Numbered from the stretch's first letter, positions 45,971 through 56,024 are shown. The stretch is 64,000 bases of DNA from an uncultured Bdellovibrionales bacterium (GCA_964579335.1 CAZOFS010000002.1:9581-73580), one strand, 5' to 3'. The notes: generated from the sequence alone by a model not told the origin. Made by a program: numbers and translations.

Positions 45971-47350
45971 CTAATCTTCAACCAGGGTATCACTCCCCGC
46001 TTCGCTCAACACAAAGGGTCGATTGAGCTTGAACTGATGTTTTTCGGTTCCGCTCGAGCGTAAGATTGTCACCGTCACTGGGACATCATTCACCCCAGCT
46101 TGTTTTTCGATTTTGAGATCATACTCATCAGCCGAGAGTGTCTCTGGCAAATGATACTCCCAGGTAACTTTTTTCGTCGTCCCGAGTGGCACATGCACCA
46201 GCGCGCCAAAGTATTTTTTCTCGAGTTCCGAGCCAAAAACAGCTGGCTTAAACGGACCATCAACTCGCTCGAGCCAACTCGCCTCGGGCACATAGAGCCG
46301 CGCAAAGGTTTGGTAGTCCCGAGTCATATAATCTTTTTCCTTGGCCGTATGTTCGTAGGTCACCGCCGCCGTCACTTTGGCTGGAGTGCTCCTGAGATCA
46401 ACCGTGTAGTCGATAGAACGGCGCATCCGGTAGTCACTTTTGAGAGCATTGAGGTTGGAATCAACCAAGAGAAAATAATCCTTGTCCCAGGCTTGATCGA
46501 GCTCCCCACTCCAACCTGACGCACGGACGGTCTCCTGGAGTGCCTCATCTTTGAACATGATCTGAATATCTTTTTTGTGGAGATCATCCAACACCACCTT
46601 AAACAGTTCATACTTTTTGGGAAACGATAGCTCCTTGGCCTTGGCCAGGATAATATTCCCCAAATCATGCATCACCTGTTTGCGGTCTCCACGTTCTATA
46701 CCTTGTTTGTAAAACGCTTGTTCCACCTGGTACTCGAGGTCGAGCACGCCGGTCTCAGCGTCGTACTCACCTGGGTAGCCAGGCACCTCGACTGGCCCCG
46801 TTACCGAAAGAAATGATGACAATACATGGGTGGTAATCCCAATCACGCCATCAAACTGCTCCTTGCCCTCCCCCATATGATAAAAATCTTCGGCTGCCTT
46901 GGCATTGACCGCCCAATCAGGCGACACATTGGAGTCGCGAAGCTTCAAACTCTTGACGCCCAAAGTTTCACGCATCGGGTACGGCGCTGGCACAGTATCG
47001 GGGATACGGCCGTCAAAGTTGATCACATCGTGTGAAGAAAATTCGGTTACGCTGCCGTCTTTAACTTTGAGAATCCCAAAAGAGCCGATGAAACCGCCGC
47101 CTGGGCGGAGCTCCATATTGTTTTGAAACAAGACAAGAAAGACCTTCTCTTCACCATCAGTATCGAGAAAGTGCTCAGCAATTTTGATCACCGCCTTGAG
47201 GTCTCCTTGCATCTCTTCAGAAACCGGCAAAATATTGGAAAGATCGGTCAATGAATCAAGGCTCCCCGAGCGAGTAGCCCAATAGAAATACCATGCTCCC
47301 AGAAGGAGGCCTGAGGTGAAGATAAACCCAATCCAAAATTTCCAGGTCAT
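45971..47350 (-). CDS. DUF4012-domain protein with N-terminal membrane anchor
   Basis: 'ELRPGGGFIGSFG' signature, N-terminal TM 'WKFWIGFIFTSGLLLGAWYFYW'. Start at the ATG at 47350. Confidence 0.6.
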   Translation of the reverse strand: MTWKFWIGFIFTSGLLLGAWYFYWATRSGSLDSLTDLSNILPVSEEMQGDLKAVIKIAEHFLDTDGEEKVFLVLFQNNMELRPGGGFIGSFGILKVKDGSVTEFSSHDVINFDGRIPDTVPAPYPMRETLGVKSLKLRDSNVSPDWAVNAKAAEDFYHMGEGKEQFDGVIGITTHVLSSFLSVTGPVEVPGYPGEYDAETGVLDLEYQVEQAFYKQGIERGDRKQVMHDLGNIILAKAKELSFPKKYELFKVVLDDLHKKDIQIMFKDEALQETVRASGWSGELDQAWDKDYFLLVDSNLNALKSDYRMRRSIDYTVDLRSTPAKVTAAVTYEHTAKEKDYMTRDYQTFARLYVPEASWLERVDGPFKPAVFGSELEKKYFGALVHVPLGTTKKVTWEYHLPETLSADEYDLKIEKQAGVNDVPVTVTILRSSGTEKHQFKLNRPFVLSEAGSDTLVED

Positions 47351-47442
47351 AGGAAAGTTGTTGAGAATGTTACGGGTTGAAATGTTTGCAGCCAAACACA
47401 CAATCAACTTTCTAAACCTTCCAAACTTTTCAACATCTCTTT

Positions 47443-48576
47443 TTACAGTCTACCAGACAATAATTCATTCAAACGCCGTTTGTATTCATCCTGCGTTGGC
47501 TCAGCGTCCATAGCTTCACTCGAAGCTCCATCATTTCCCAGCACGGCCTCTGCTTCAGCAGCCTGCATTCGAGCCGTTGCATCGATATCAGCTCGTACCA
47601 AACGAGCGTTGGCGGCCTCAAGCGGTGACAAATCATCCATGATCGGCAGATTGTCTGGGGCTTTCCCGGTGGCGATACCCCGGGCTCGCACCAAATCTTC
47701 ATTAACCGCTTGAATAGCGTCTGGTTCAACTCCTTTAGTTTCAGTGTTTTCGAATACTTGAGCCACTGACTCTCGCTCTTGAAACACTGATTCCACCGCC
47801 ACGGTTTCGGGTTGATACGTGGCTTGAACTGTCGCTGGTTCAAGAGAAGTCGCTTCAAAGCCTATTGGCTCAGACTCAACCGGTGATTGAACTGGTTGTG
47901 GCATATCAGACTGGCCTTGGTACCCTTGCGACCAATACGGCACTTCGACACTGGGTCGAAAGGTTTCTGGAGGAATGGAGTGCGTGAGGGTTCGTCGAGG
48001 ACGGGTAGCCACCACATAGTCCAATCCCGTTATCAAGAGGAAAAAAAGGCTCGTCACACCGAAACCAACAGTGAGACTAGCGCCAATATAGAGTGGCCAC
48101 TCACGCACAACTTCGTTTTGGCGTGGACCATCAATCACGCGGATATCAAGTTCTGTTTCAACGTTGTAGTAGCGACTGACTGTGCTCGCAATGTGCGTGA
48201 GGACAAGCTGCGTTAGACGCTCGCTTTTGATACGATCCGTCTCCGCTACCTTGACCTCGAGAATACTCGTCATCGGCTCGAGTGTGGCCGTAAACACCGG
48301 CCGTTCGATCAGGGCTGATACCGTTTGTAGGAAACTGGTCGGACGTTTGGAATTGAGACCCTGCCAGGCTGTTTGGACCTGCTGTTGCACTGTAGGCGTC
48401 ATGAGTACTCGCTCAATATTGGCTGGCGCTGCGACAAAAGGAGCCTGTTTGGGAAGAACGATAAAGCGCGTGGTACTCTCAACGGCTGAAAATGTACCAA
48501 ACAGAAAGAGGGCTGACGCCAAGGTAAGCGCCGCCCAGGTCACCCAGAAATAGATCGAGAAAAATTTACGCAACAT
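47443..48576 (-). CDS. polysaccharide co-polymerase (Wzz)-like membrane protein with long acidic C-terminal tail
   Basis: TM1 near the N-terminus, TM2 around residue 170-190 (PCP topology), then about 180 aa of E/A/T-rich disordered tail. Family assignment is tentative. Confidence 0.4.
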   Translation of the reverse strand: MLRKFFSIYFWVTWAALTLASALFLFGTFSAVESTTRFIVLPKQAPFVAAPANIERVLMTPTVQQQVQTAWQGLNSKRPTSFLQTVSALIERPVFTATLEPMTSILEVKVAETDRIKSERLTQLVLTHIASTVSRYYNVETELDIRVIDGPRQNEVVREWPLYIGASLTVGFGVTSLFFLLITGLDYVVATRPRRTLTHSIPPETFRPSVEVPYWSQGYQGQSDMPQPVQSPVESEPIGFEATSLEPATVQATYQPETVAVESVFQERESVAQVFENTETKGVEPDAIQAVNEDLVRARGIATGKAPDNLPIMDDLSPLEAANARLVRADIDATARMQAAEAEAVLGNDGASSEAMDAEPTQDEYKRRLNELLSGRL

Positions 48577-49744
48577 GTTTGGACTGAAAATGATAACGTG
48601 CCTCGTGCTCAGCTACAACCTCTTCATACACCTCAACAGTTTTGGCCGCAATCGCCCCCCAGCTGTAGTGAGTTTCAATGCGCTCTTTGGCCACAACACC
48701 CAACTTCTCGGCTTCGTCGGGACGATTCACATAGTAAGCCATCTCTTGCTTAAGTGACTCGACGTTTTTGGTTTCAAAGATAGCTCCAGCACCACCCCGA
48801 GCCAGCTCCACATTGGCTGGAATACTCGATACAATAGTTGGCACACCAAAGGCCATCGCCTCAAGGAGAGCGACCGAAAGCCCCTCATCTTCAGACGGCT
48901 GGACAAACATCCCCGCTTCTGTAAAGAGTGTCATCAGGGGTTCACCCGAAAGTTCTCCGGTAAAGATAATATTGGAACGACCCGCCGCCATGACCTTGAG
49001 ATACTCCTCATAAGCCTTGGTTTCCTTGGTATTGGTATGAGTCCCCACGATCACGAGTTTGTAGTTATTGGGGAGCTTATTGGTATCCTCAAGCTCCATG
49101 AAGGCCTTGATGAGGTACTGGATACCTTTGTGTCCTACCAAGCGCGAAACTGAAAGTGCATAGTAGCCTGGACGCACGCCATACTGACTCATGATAGTGG
49201 CATTGTGAACTGGAACTACTTCCGCTCCATTAGGGATAGTCACCGCATCACAGTGATAAAAACTCTTGGCATAGTGAGCCAGATGTTCACTCACTGCGAT
49301 AGTACGTTCAGGGATATGGCAGGTAAAGAATTCAGCCGCCTTGAGACAGAGCTGTGCAAAAAACCCCCACTTTTTGTGAAAGTAGTCACGGCTGTGAAAC
49401 GTCGCAATCACGCGGACGCTCGGTTTCAAAATACGTGGGATAAACGAAAGAATCGATGGCCCAATTGATTGATAATGGATCACATCATAATCTTGAAAGA
49501 GCGCATGCATAGTCGCCAAGAACGTATGCGACAAAGCATCCCAATGTTTGGTATGGAGAGAAGGCAAAGAAATGAGCCGCACGCCTTTGAAGGACGTCTT
49601 CGCTTTGGGCGTGTACCAAGGACGGGTATACACGGTAACCTCGTGCCCGAGAGAACGGAGCTCAGTAGCCAGCTTTTCCACATGTTTTTCCACTCCTCCT
49701 GAGAGGGCTGGAATCCCCTTTTGTCCGATGAAGGCGATTTTCAT
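48566..49744 (-). CDS. Glycosyltransferase family 4
   Basis: 'EDEGLSVALLEAMAFGVPTIVSSIP' EX7E region, 'GIPALSGGVEKHV' N-terminus. Confidence 0.85.
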   Translation of the reverse strand: MKIAFIGQKGIPALSGGVEKHVEKLATELRSLGHEVTVYTRPWYTPKAKTSFKGVRLISLPSLHTKHWDALSHTFLATMHALFQDYDVIHYQSIGPSILSFIPRILKPSVRVIATFHSRDYFHKKWGFFAQLCLKAAEFFTCHIPERTIAVSEHLAHYAKSFYHCDAVTIPNGAEVVPVHNATIMSQYGVRPGYYALSVSRLVGHKGIQYLIKAFMELEDTNKLPNNYKLVIVGTHTNTKETKAYEEYLKVMAAGRSNIIFTGELSGEPLMTLFTEAGMFVQPSEDEGLSVALLEAMAFGVPTIVSSIPANVELARGGAGAIFETKNVESLKQEMAYYVNRPDEAEKLGVVAKERIETHYSWGAIAAKTVEVYEEVVAEHEARYHFQSKHVA

Positions 49745-49982
49745 AGGGTTTTCTGGCCACATGAATTAACTTGACATACTAGCAAAAAAATTGATTTCTG
49801 TCAACTCTACCAACTCCTCGCAACCCCCTTCATATTGGTCTGTCTCAATACTCAAAAAAATGGCTTATTTAAAGCAAAAAATGAGTTATTTTCATGCAAT
49901 AATGAGTAGGGACATCAATTCTTTGTCAAGAGAGGAAATAACGGTTAAAATAGAGAAAAAGCTCATCCAAACCAAAAATTTC

Positions 49983-52094
49983 ATGTCACTCCATACTCTT
50001 TTTGCCCCCAAAAGCATCGCTGTCATCGGCGCTTCGACACGGGCTGGATCAGTCGGCAATGATGTCGCTAAGAATCTCGTCAAGAGTGATTTCCGCGGTG
50101 AAGTGTATCTCGTCAATCCCAAAGGAGGCGAGCTCCTGGGGAAAACCTGCTACCCATCTATCGGGGCTATCTCCGAATCAGTCGATCTCGCTATTATCAT
50201 CGTCCCTGCATCTGTCGTTCCTGCTGTACTCCGAGAAGCCGGTGAAAAAATGGTGCGAGCGGCGGTGATTATTTCGGCTGGTTTCAAAGAAACAGGAGAA
50301 GCTGGCCATGCACTTGAAGCTGAAATTGTAGCCATCGCCCAAGAATACAACATTGAGCTCCTTGGTCCCAACTGTCTCGGCTTTATCCGGCCCCAAGCTT
50401 TTCTCAACGCTTCCTTTGCCTCTACCCTCCCCGTCGATGGTCCGATTGCCTTTTTCTCCCAGAGCGGTGCTCTCACCAGTGCTTTTCTAGACTTGAGCCG
50501 TGGGAAACTTGGCTTCTCCACCTTTGCCTCAATCGGGAACAAAGCACTCATCAATGAACGCACGCTCCTCGCTCACTTTGGCGAAGACGAGAGCACCCGT
50601 GTCATTGGCTTCTACACCGAAGGGCTCGAGAAAGCCGGAGAAATTATCACTCTCGGTCATAAACTCCTCGCTAAAGGCAAGCCTGTGATTGCCCTCAAAT
50701 CTGGCACTACCGAGGCTGGTACACAGGCTTCAAGCTCGCACACCGGGGCAGTCGCCGGCAGTGACGCTGCTTATGACGCCTTGTTTCGCCAAGCTGGCAT
50801 GATACGAGCCGCCCATTTTCAGGAACTCCTCGAGCTCCTCTCTGCCTTTGCTCACAATCCTCTCCCTCGAGGAAACCGCGTTGCTATCGTGACCAATGCG
50901 GGTGGACTCGGAGTCCTCGCAACCGATGCTTGTATAGAAAATGGACTCGAACTCGCCAAGCTTGAGGCATCAACTATGGATGAACTGCAAAAGGTTTTGC
51001 CCCCAGCGGCCAATAGTCATAACCCCATCGATGTCCTCGGCGATGCATTGGCCGAGCGTTATGCCCAAGCACTCACTATCGTCGCAAAGGACAAAAATGT
51101 AGACCTCCTCCTCATTATCCTCACACCACAAACCATGACCGAGGATGAGAAAACAGCCAAGGCTATCGTAGCCCTCAGGAAAAAACATCCTGCCCTCGCT
51201 ATGGTAACTGTCTTCTCCGGCAAAGAACTCATCGCCACAGGAGAACGCGTGCTCGAGGAGGCCCATATCCCCAATTATCTCTACCCCGAAAGAGCCGCTC
51301 GTGCCCTCGGAGCATTGGCGCAAGTAAAAAACTGGAAGCAGTTAGTCAGTGAACCATCGACTACTCCTACTCTCCCTGTGATTGACACAGCCAAGGCTCA
51401 AGCAGTATTGGATGCAGCTAAGGCCAAAGATGAATTAGAGCTTGGTGAACAAATGACGACGGAGTTCCTCAAAGCCTATGAGCTCCCATTTCTCGAAAGT
51501 GCGCTCGTCACTACCGGTCCCGAAGCCCAAGCCTTTGCCGAGAAACTCGGGAAACCGATAGCACTCAAGATTGCTTCTCCCGATATTATTCATAAATCAG
51601 ATGTTGGTGGTGTCATCCTCGATATCGATCCCACGCTCGCGGGCGAAGCCTTTGATCACCTCATCCAAACCGTCACTGCCCATGTGCCCGATGCCCGGAT
51701 CACTGGTGCCATGGCTGTCGAAATGGCCGAGCCCAAGTGCCTCGAACTGCTCCTCGGCCTTAAATCTGAGCCTGGGCTCGGCACGCTCGTGGTCGTTGGT
51801 CTCGGCGGTATTTATGTCGAAGTATTTAAAGATGTAAGTATGCGCTTTGCACCACTCACCGAGCGAGATATGGAGGCTATGCTCGATGAACTCCAGGCAG
51901 CGCCACTCCTCCGTGGTGCCCGAGGCCAAACCCCCGTTGATCGAGAGCAACTCAAACGTTATCTCGCCTGTCTTTCCGATATCGCCGTACGTTTTCCCGA
52001 TATTGTTGAGCTCGATATCAACCCCCTCGCTATCGCTCCCGATGGTACCACTATGCGTATCCTCGATGCTCGCCTGCGACTGCGAGACAATTAA
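49983..52094 (+). CDS. Acetate--CoA ligase (ADP-forming), fused alpha/beta (NDP-forming acyl-CoA synthetase)
   Basis: 'KSIAVIGASTRAGSVG' CoA-binding N-terminus, succinyl-CoA-ligase-like middle domain, C-terminal ATP-grasp. Start could be further upstream (ORF opens at 49791). Confidence 0.75.
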   Translation: MSLHTLFAPKSIAVIGASTRAGSVGNDVAKNLVKSDFRGEVYLVNPKGGELLGKTCYPSIGAISESVDLAIIIVPASVVPAVLREAGEKMVRAAVIISAGFKETGEAGHALEAEIVAIAQEYNIELLGPNCLGFIRPQAFLNASFASTLPVDGPIAFFSQSGALTSAFLDLSRGKLGFSTFASIGNKALINERTLLAHFGEDESTRVIGFYTEGLEKAGEIITLGHKLLAKGKPVIALKSGTTEAGTQASSSHTGAVAGSDAAYDALFRQAGMIRAAHFQELLELLSAFAHNPLPRGNRVAIVTNAGGLGVLATDACIENGLELAKLEASTMDELQKVLPPAANSHNPIDVLGDALAERYAQALTIVAKDKNVDLLLIILTPQTMTEDEKTAKAIVALRKKHPALAMVTVFSGKELIATGERVLEEAHIPNYLYPERAARALGALAQVKNWKQLVSEPSTTPTLPVIDTAKAQAVLDAAKAKDELELGEQMTTEFLKAYELPFLESALVTTGPEAQAFAEKLGKPIALKIASPDIIHKSDVGGVILDIDPTLAGEAFDHLIQTVTAHVPDARITGAMAVEMAEPKCLELLLGLKSEPGLGTLVVVGLGGIYVEVFKDVSMRFAPLTERDMEAMLDELQAAPLLRGARGQTPVDREQLKRYLACLSDIAVRFPDIVELDINPLAIAPDGTTMRILDARLRLRDN

Positions 52095-52103
52095 ATAAAA
52101 TAC

Positions 52104-52144
52104 CTACAAAAAAGTTGTGGCCTGAACGGGGTTCCGTCCAGGCC
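52104..52144 (-). terminator. rho-independent terminator (minus strand)
   Basis: 11-bp stem GGCCTGAACGG/CCGTCCAGGCC (one mismatch), loop GGTT, followed on the minus strand by ACAACTTTTTTGT. Confidence 0.5.
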
Positions 52145-52159
52145 GAATTGATGTTGACC

Positions 52160-52342
52160 TCAGTTGGTCAACGAGGTGGCCTGAGAGGGCGAGTACTCGA
52201 TGACGATCCAGGTCATAGTCGCAAAGGCGGCCAGAAGAAAAGCAGCAAATCCCCGCCAAAACCTCCTCTGCCACCGCCGATCCTCGTATTCCAGCTTGCG
52301 CTGTCGATCGGGGACCTGAAAATATTCATTGGGTGGAGGCAC
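52160..52342 (-). CDS. possible single-TM microprotein (60 aa)
   Basis: 'FAAFLLAAFATMTWIVI' hydrophobic helix. Sits between the GT4 gene and the terminator. Weak support. Confidence 0.3.
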   Translation of the reverse strand: MPPPNEYFQVPDRQRKLEYEDRRWQRRFWRGFAAFLLAAFATMTWIVIEYSPSQATSLTN

Positions 52343-52374
52343 TATCGCTCCCTGAAGTTGAGAACAGTATATTT

Positions 52375-53604
52375 TTAGCCTGTTTTTTTGTTTTTGTCAA
52401 CCGAGGCCAGTAGTTGACTGTAGATAGTTTCAAGATTTGCTAAATAGGTTTCCTCGCGCAAGTCCTGAATACTCTCCCATGCATTGCGACCGAGGGCGGT
52501 GAGATCAAAGGTACTGAAGCGCTGTATCGCCTGAGCCAGACTTTCGGGATTACCCGCCTCGAAAAGAAAGCCATTGGCACTGTCTTGAATCCGTTCGGGG
52601 ATACCACCGAGATTGGAGCCGATTACCGGGAGCCCATAGGAGAGGGCTTCGAGCACCGCATACGGCATATTTTCGTACCACTCTGAGGAGATGATGAAGG
52701 CTTTGGCACCTCGAAAGGTGGCTTCGAGCATTTCGCCTGTTTGATGTCCGACAAATACCACATTGGAGAGTCCAGCCTCGTCCTGAAACTGTTTGAGTGC
52801 CGCTTCATCGGGGCCAGTACCAGCTATCACCAGGCGCTCATGCGAGAGGAGAGCAAAGGCTCGGAGCAAAGTCGTTACCCCCTTTTCTTGTGACAAGCGC
52901 CCAGCGAACAAAAAATACTTGCCTTGACCAAACGTAGTTGGTGGTACGGGAAAGGGAGTAAGGGGTTGTGAAACATGCTCTATAGGATACGGGAAGCCAA
53001 GTTTTTGATACTCCGCTATGAGAAATCGGCTTGGGGCGATGAATTGCCCGACGAGACTGTAACTTTTGATGGTAGTGTGGAGCCACTGCTCGAGTGCACA
53101 GACGAGACTTTTGAGGTACGAGTTTTTGACGGCTCGATCGATGATAGCGCGCCACCCGGACGTATGCTCCCAAATTTTTCCGCGTACAAACAAACTATAA
53201 TTGGGCGACACAGCTTTGTAATCATGGAGAGTCATCACGATGGGCACATGGGCTCGCTTGAGCGTCCAGAGGATCGAAGGCGAAAGTTGATGATAGGTAT
53301 TGTGGAGATGCGCCACATCTGGCTGGAAATCCTCGATGAGTGTTTTGAGCTTGCGGCTGGCTTCAAAATTCCAGACAATACGACTCGCGGCTTTGAGCTT
53401 ATTCAGAAATGATTGTTCACCATCAAGATAGTCGACTTGACTGACAAAATACGGCGCACAGGGCGTTGGCTCATTGTCCGGATGCTCCATAGCAAAAAAA
53501 GCGACCTCGTGGCCATTTTCTGCTAAAATACGGGCAGTATCAAAGTAAGCTCGCTCAGCGCCGCCCTTCTTGTAGTGAAATTTGTTGATGAGGAGAATAC
53601 GCAT
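52375..53604 (-). CDS. Glycosyltransferase family 4
   Basis: 'MRILLINKFHYKKGGAERAYF' N-terminus, 'SSEWYENMPYAVLEALSYGLPVIGS' EX7E motif. Confidence 0.85.
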   Translation of the reverse strand: MRILLINKFHYKKGGAERAYFDTARILAENGHEVAFFAMEHPDNEPTPCAPYFVSQVDYLDGEQSFLNKLKAASRIVWNFEASRKLKTLIEDFQPDVAHLHNTYHQLSPSILWTLKRAHVPIVMTLHDYKAVSPNYSLFVRGKIWEHTSGWRAIIDRAVKNSYLKSLVCALEQWLHTTIKSYSLVGQFIAPSRFLIAEYQKLGFPYPIEHVSQPLTPFPVPPTTFGQGKYFLFAGRLSQEKGVTTLLRAFALLSHERLVIAGTGPDEAALKQFQDEAGLSNVVFVGHQTGEMLEATFRGAKAFIISSEWYENMPYAVLEALSYGLPVIGSNLGGIPERIQDSANGFLFEAGNPESLAQAIQRFSTFDLTALGRNAWESIQDLREETYLANLETIYSQLLASVDKNKKTG

Positions 53605-53605
53605 T

Positions 53606-53654
53606 TTGGTATATAGTATCTGGTATTTGGTATCTAGTATAAAGTATAGCGTAT
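53606..53654. repeat. GTAT-rich tandem repeat (GGTATaTAGTAT / GGTATcTAGTAT) in divergent promoter region
   Basis: Two 12-mers differing at one base (53608-53619 and 53629-53640), with further GGTAT and GTAT copies between and after them. Starts 2 bp upstream of the GT4 start codon. Confidence 0.5.
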
Positions 53655-53683
53655 TTTTTCTCTGGCAGAGCTAGGACAAGTTT

Positions 53684-54442
53684 TTGAACGACCGCGAACA
53701 CACCATCGTTCAGGGAGGAAAAAACTTGGACTGGCTCAAGCTTCAGGAAGAGAGGAAACCTAGGCATGCCAGCCAAAGTATGAATATCATCGAACGTATC
53801 GCAAGCAGTATCTCAGGCAAAAGTCGGGCCAAGAAGTGGCTCCAGTTTTTGGCATGGGCCAAGACGTCACCTGAGACAACTCTCCTCGACATCGGGGTCA
53901 ATACCCATGAATACTCAGACCATGACAATCTCCTCGAACGACTCTACAGCTATCCGGGAAATATCACTGCCGTCGGGCTCGAAACTGACTGGGCCGAATT
54001 TCATGAGCGCTATCCACAAGTCAAAACCCTAACCGCCAATGGCACAGAGCTCCCCTTCGCTGACAACACGTTTGATATTGCCTACTCCAATGCTGTGATC
54101 GAACATGTGGGAAAGCATTCCCAACAACTCGCCTTCCTCCGAGAAATGAAGCGGGTGGCTCGACGCGGCTACTTCACCACGCCCAATCGCTTCTTCCCCA
54201 TCGAAGTCCACACTCGCCTCCCTCTCCTCCACCTCATTCTCCCAAAGTCTGGATTTGACTGGGTGGTGACCAAAATCGGCAAGGGCTGGGCCGCTGGTGA
54301 TTATATGCATCCCCTCTCGGCTTCCGACCTCCGCTCGCTCCTCACCGAAGCTGGTATACAAAAGTACACCCTGACCCGTAACCGTTTCTGTGGCTTTACG
54401 ATGACCCTTACCGTCTGGTGGGAGAAGGAAAAGAAAAAATAA
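53684..54442 (+). CDS. class I SAM-dependent methyltransferase-like protein
   Basis: 'LLDIGVNT' (motif I-like), 'IAYSNAVIEHV' (Methyltransf_11-like). Alternative start ATG at 53780. Confidence 0.5.
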   Translation: MNDREHTIVQGGKNLDWLKLQEERKPRHASQSMNIIERIASSISGKSRAKKWLQFLAWAKTSPETTLLDIGVNTHEYSDHDNLLERLYSYPGNITAVGLETDWAEFHERYPQVKTLTANGTELPFADNTFDIAYSNAVIEHVGKHSQQLAFLREMKRVARRGYFTTPNRFFPIEVHTRLPLLHLILPKSGFDWVVTKIGKGWAAGDYMHPLSASDLRSLLTEAGIQKYTLTRNRFCGFTMTLTVWWEKEKKK

Positions 54443-54475
54443 AATAGTAAAAATCAAAAACTGTCTGTCGATTCA

Positions 54476-54616
54476 GACTTTCCCTATTTGAACGGAAAAA
54501 TTCATACCAAGCCAATACTCAAGAGATGGACCTTCCATAAGAAATTAATACTCATCTTTATCAATGCAGTCTGTTACCACGCGTTTTATGAATTTTGAGT
54601 ACAAATAGGGAAAGTC
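54476..54616. repeat. 15-bp perfect inverted repeat GACTTTCCCTATTTG / CAAATAGGGAAAGTC enclosing 111 bp; right arm overlaps the RBS of the downstream gene
   Basis: Arms at 54476-54490 and 54602-54616. The downstream ATG is at 54620. Confidence 0.6.
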
Positions 54617-54619
54617 ACA

Positions 54620-56011
54620 ATGATTTCAAAACTACCTGATATGCAAGAGTCATCATTCAACTGGGATAGCCCGCTCGTTCTCCTCTCGCTTGGGAGTGGC
54701 CTCTTGTTTTTTACTCTGATCGCCCTCATCCTCGGCACCTCAGTCTTTATTCCTCTCAGTTTCATTCTTGGTATCGTCGCACTTATTCTCCTCTTCCGTG
54801 CTCCACTTCTCCTCCTGTCTTCGCTCTTTGTGGTGCGCATGTCGCTCGACTACTCATCTCAGTACATCAGCCTCACGCTGTTCAATATTACCCTCTCGCT
54901 CTCCCAACTCCTCGGCATCGGCATCGCATGCCTCGGTGTCATCGCCATCGTACGCCACTTTGACCGGCTCTGGCGTTTTCCTCTCCTCGCACCCTTTCTC
55001 ATCATCACGCTCTGGGGATGCATGACGCTCGCCTACTCTATCAGCTCCACAACCACCGCTTCCGAACTCTTGCGTTTCTTCAATCTCTTTGTCATCGGCT
55101 TTCTCGCCTATATCTCGACCACGCGGTACCGTGATTTCCGTACGCTTCTCCACGCTATTTTTCTTTCGAGCCTTCTCCCGATTCTCTTCGGACTCTACCA
55201 GTTTGTCAGTGGTATTGGCCTCCAGGATGAAAACGTGTCCATCCCCCGCATCTTTGGCACCTTTAGTCACCCTAATGTCTACAGCCTCTTCCTCTTTGCC
55301 CTCGTCGCCCTCGCTACTCTCTACATAATCGTCTACGCCAAAACCCGCGAGAGTCGACTCTTCATCCTGAGCTACCTCGTCCTTCTCATGGCGACCCTCC
55401 TCCTCACGTATGCCCGTATCGCTTGGATCACGCTCTTCGTTTTCCTCTTCCTCCTCACTCTCTGGCGGGCTCGCTTTCTCATCGCCCCTCTCATCCTCTT
55501 TCCACTTATTCTCATTACCTTTTCAGATACGGTGAGAGACCGGGTAGACGAAGCCTTTAACCCCACCCCCGATAGCTCCATCACCTGGCGCCAAAACCTG
55601 TGGCATGACATGATCGCCAAAACTGATTTCGAAAATCGCGGACTGCTCGGAAGCGGCATGGATACGTTTCGTCTTTCCTCGGAACAATTGCGCGGACTCC
55701 GCTTTGGCTCCAATGATCCACACAATGACTTTGTAAAATTCTATGTCGAAGGTGGCCTCATCGGGGTCATGGTTTTGGTGCTCTATATTGGCTCACTCCT
55801 CTTCCTCATCATCCATATCTACCGCACCACTCCGAGCCACAGCCTGCGTACTCTCGCCACTATCACGGGCTTTGTCATCTTTACCCTCCTCTTGGCGAGT
55901 CTCTCCGACAATGTCTTCAAAAACACGCCCGTTCAGTGGATCGTCTGGACACTCCTCGGGAGCCTCCTCGCCCTCTACCATCATACTTCCAAAAAAGAGC
56001 TAGTAGACTAG
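54620..56011 (+). CDS. O-antigen ligase-like (Wzy_C domain) polytopic membrane protein
   Basis: About 12 TM helices and a large extracytoplasmic loop with 'FGSNDPHNDFVKFYVEGGLIG'. Confidence 0.65.
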   Translation: MISKLPDMQESSFNWDSPLVLLSLGSGLLFFTLIALILGTSVFIPLSFILGIVALILLFRAPLLLLSSLFVVRMSLDYSSQYISLTLFNITLSLSQLLGIGIACLGVIAIVRHFDRLWRFPLLAPFLIITLWGCMTLAYSISSTTTASELLRFFNLFVIGFLAYISTTRYRDFRTLLHAIFLSSLLPILFGLYQFVSGIGLQDENVSIPRIFGTFSHPNVYSLFLFALVALATLYIIVYAKTRESRLFILSYLVLLMATLLLTYARIAWITLFVFLFLLTLWRARFLIAPLILFPLILITFSDTVRDRVDEAFNPTPDSSITWRQNLWHDMIAKTDFENRGLLGSGMDTFRLSSEQLRGLRFGSNDPHNDFVKFYVEGGLIGVMVLVLYIGSLLFLIIHIYRTTPSHSLRTLATITGFVIFTLLLASLSDNVFKNTPVQWIVWTLLGSLLALYHHTSKKELVD

Positions 56012-56024
56012 AGGGGTTGACTAC

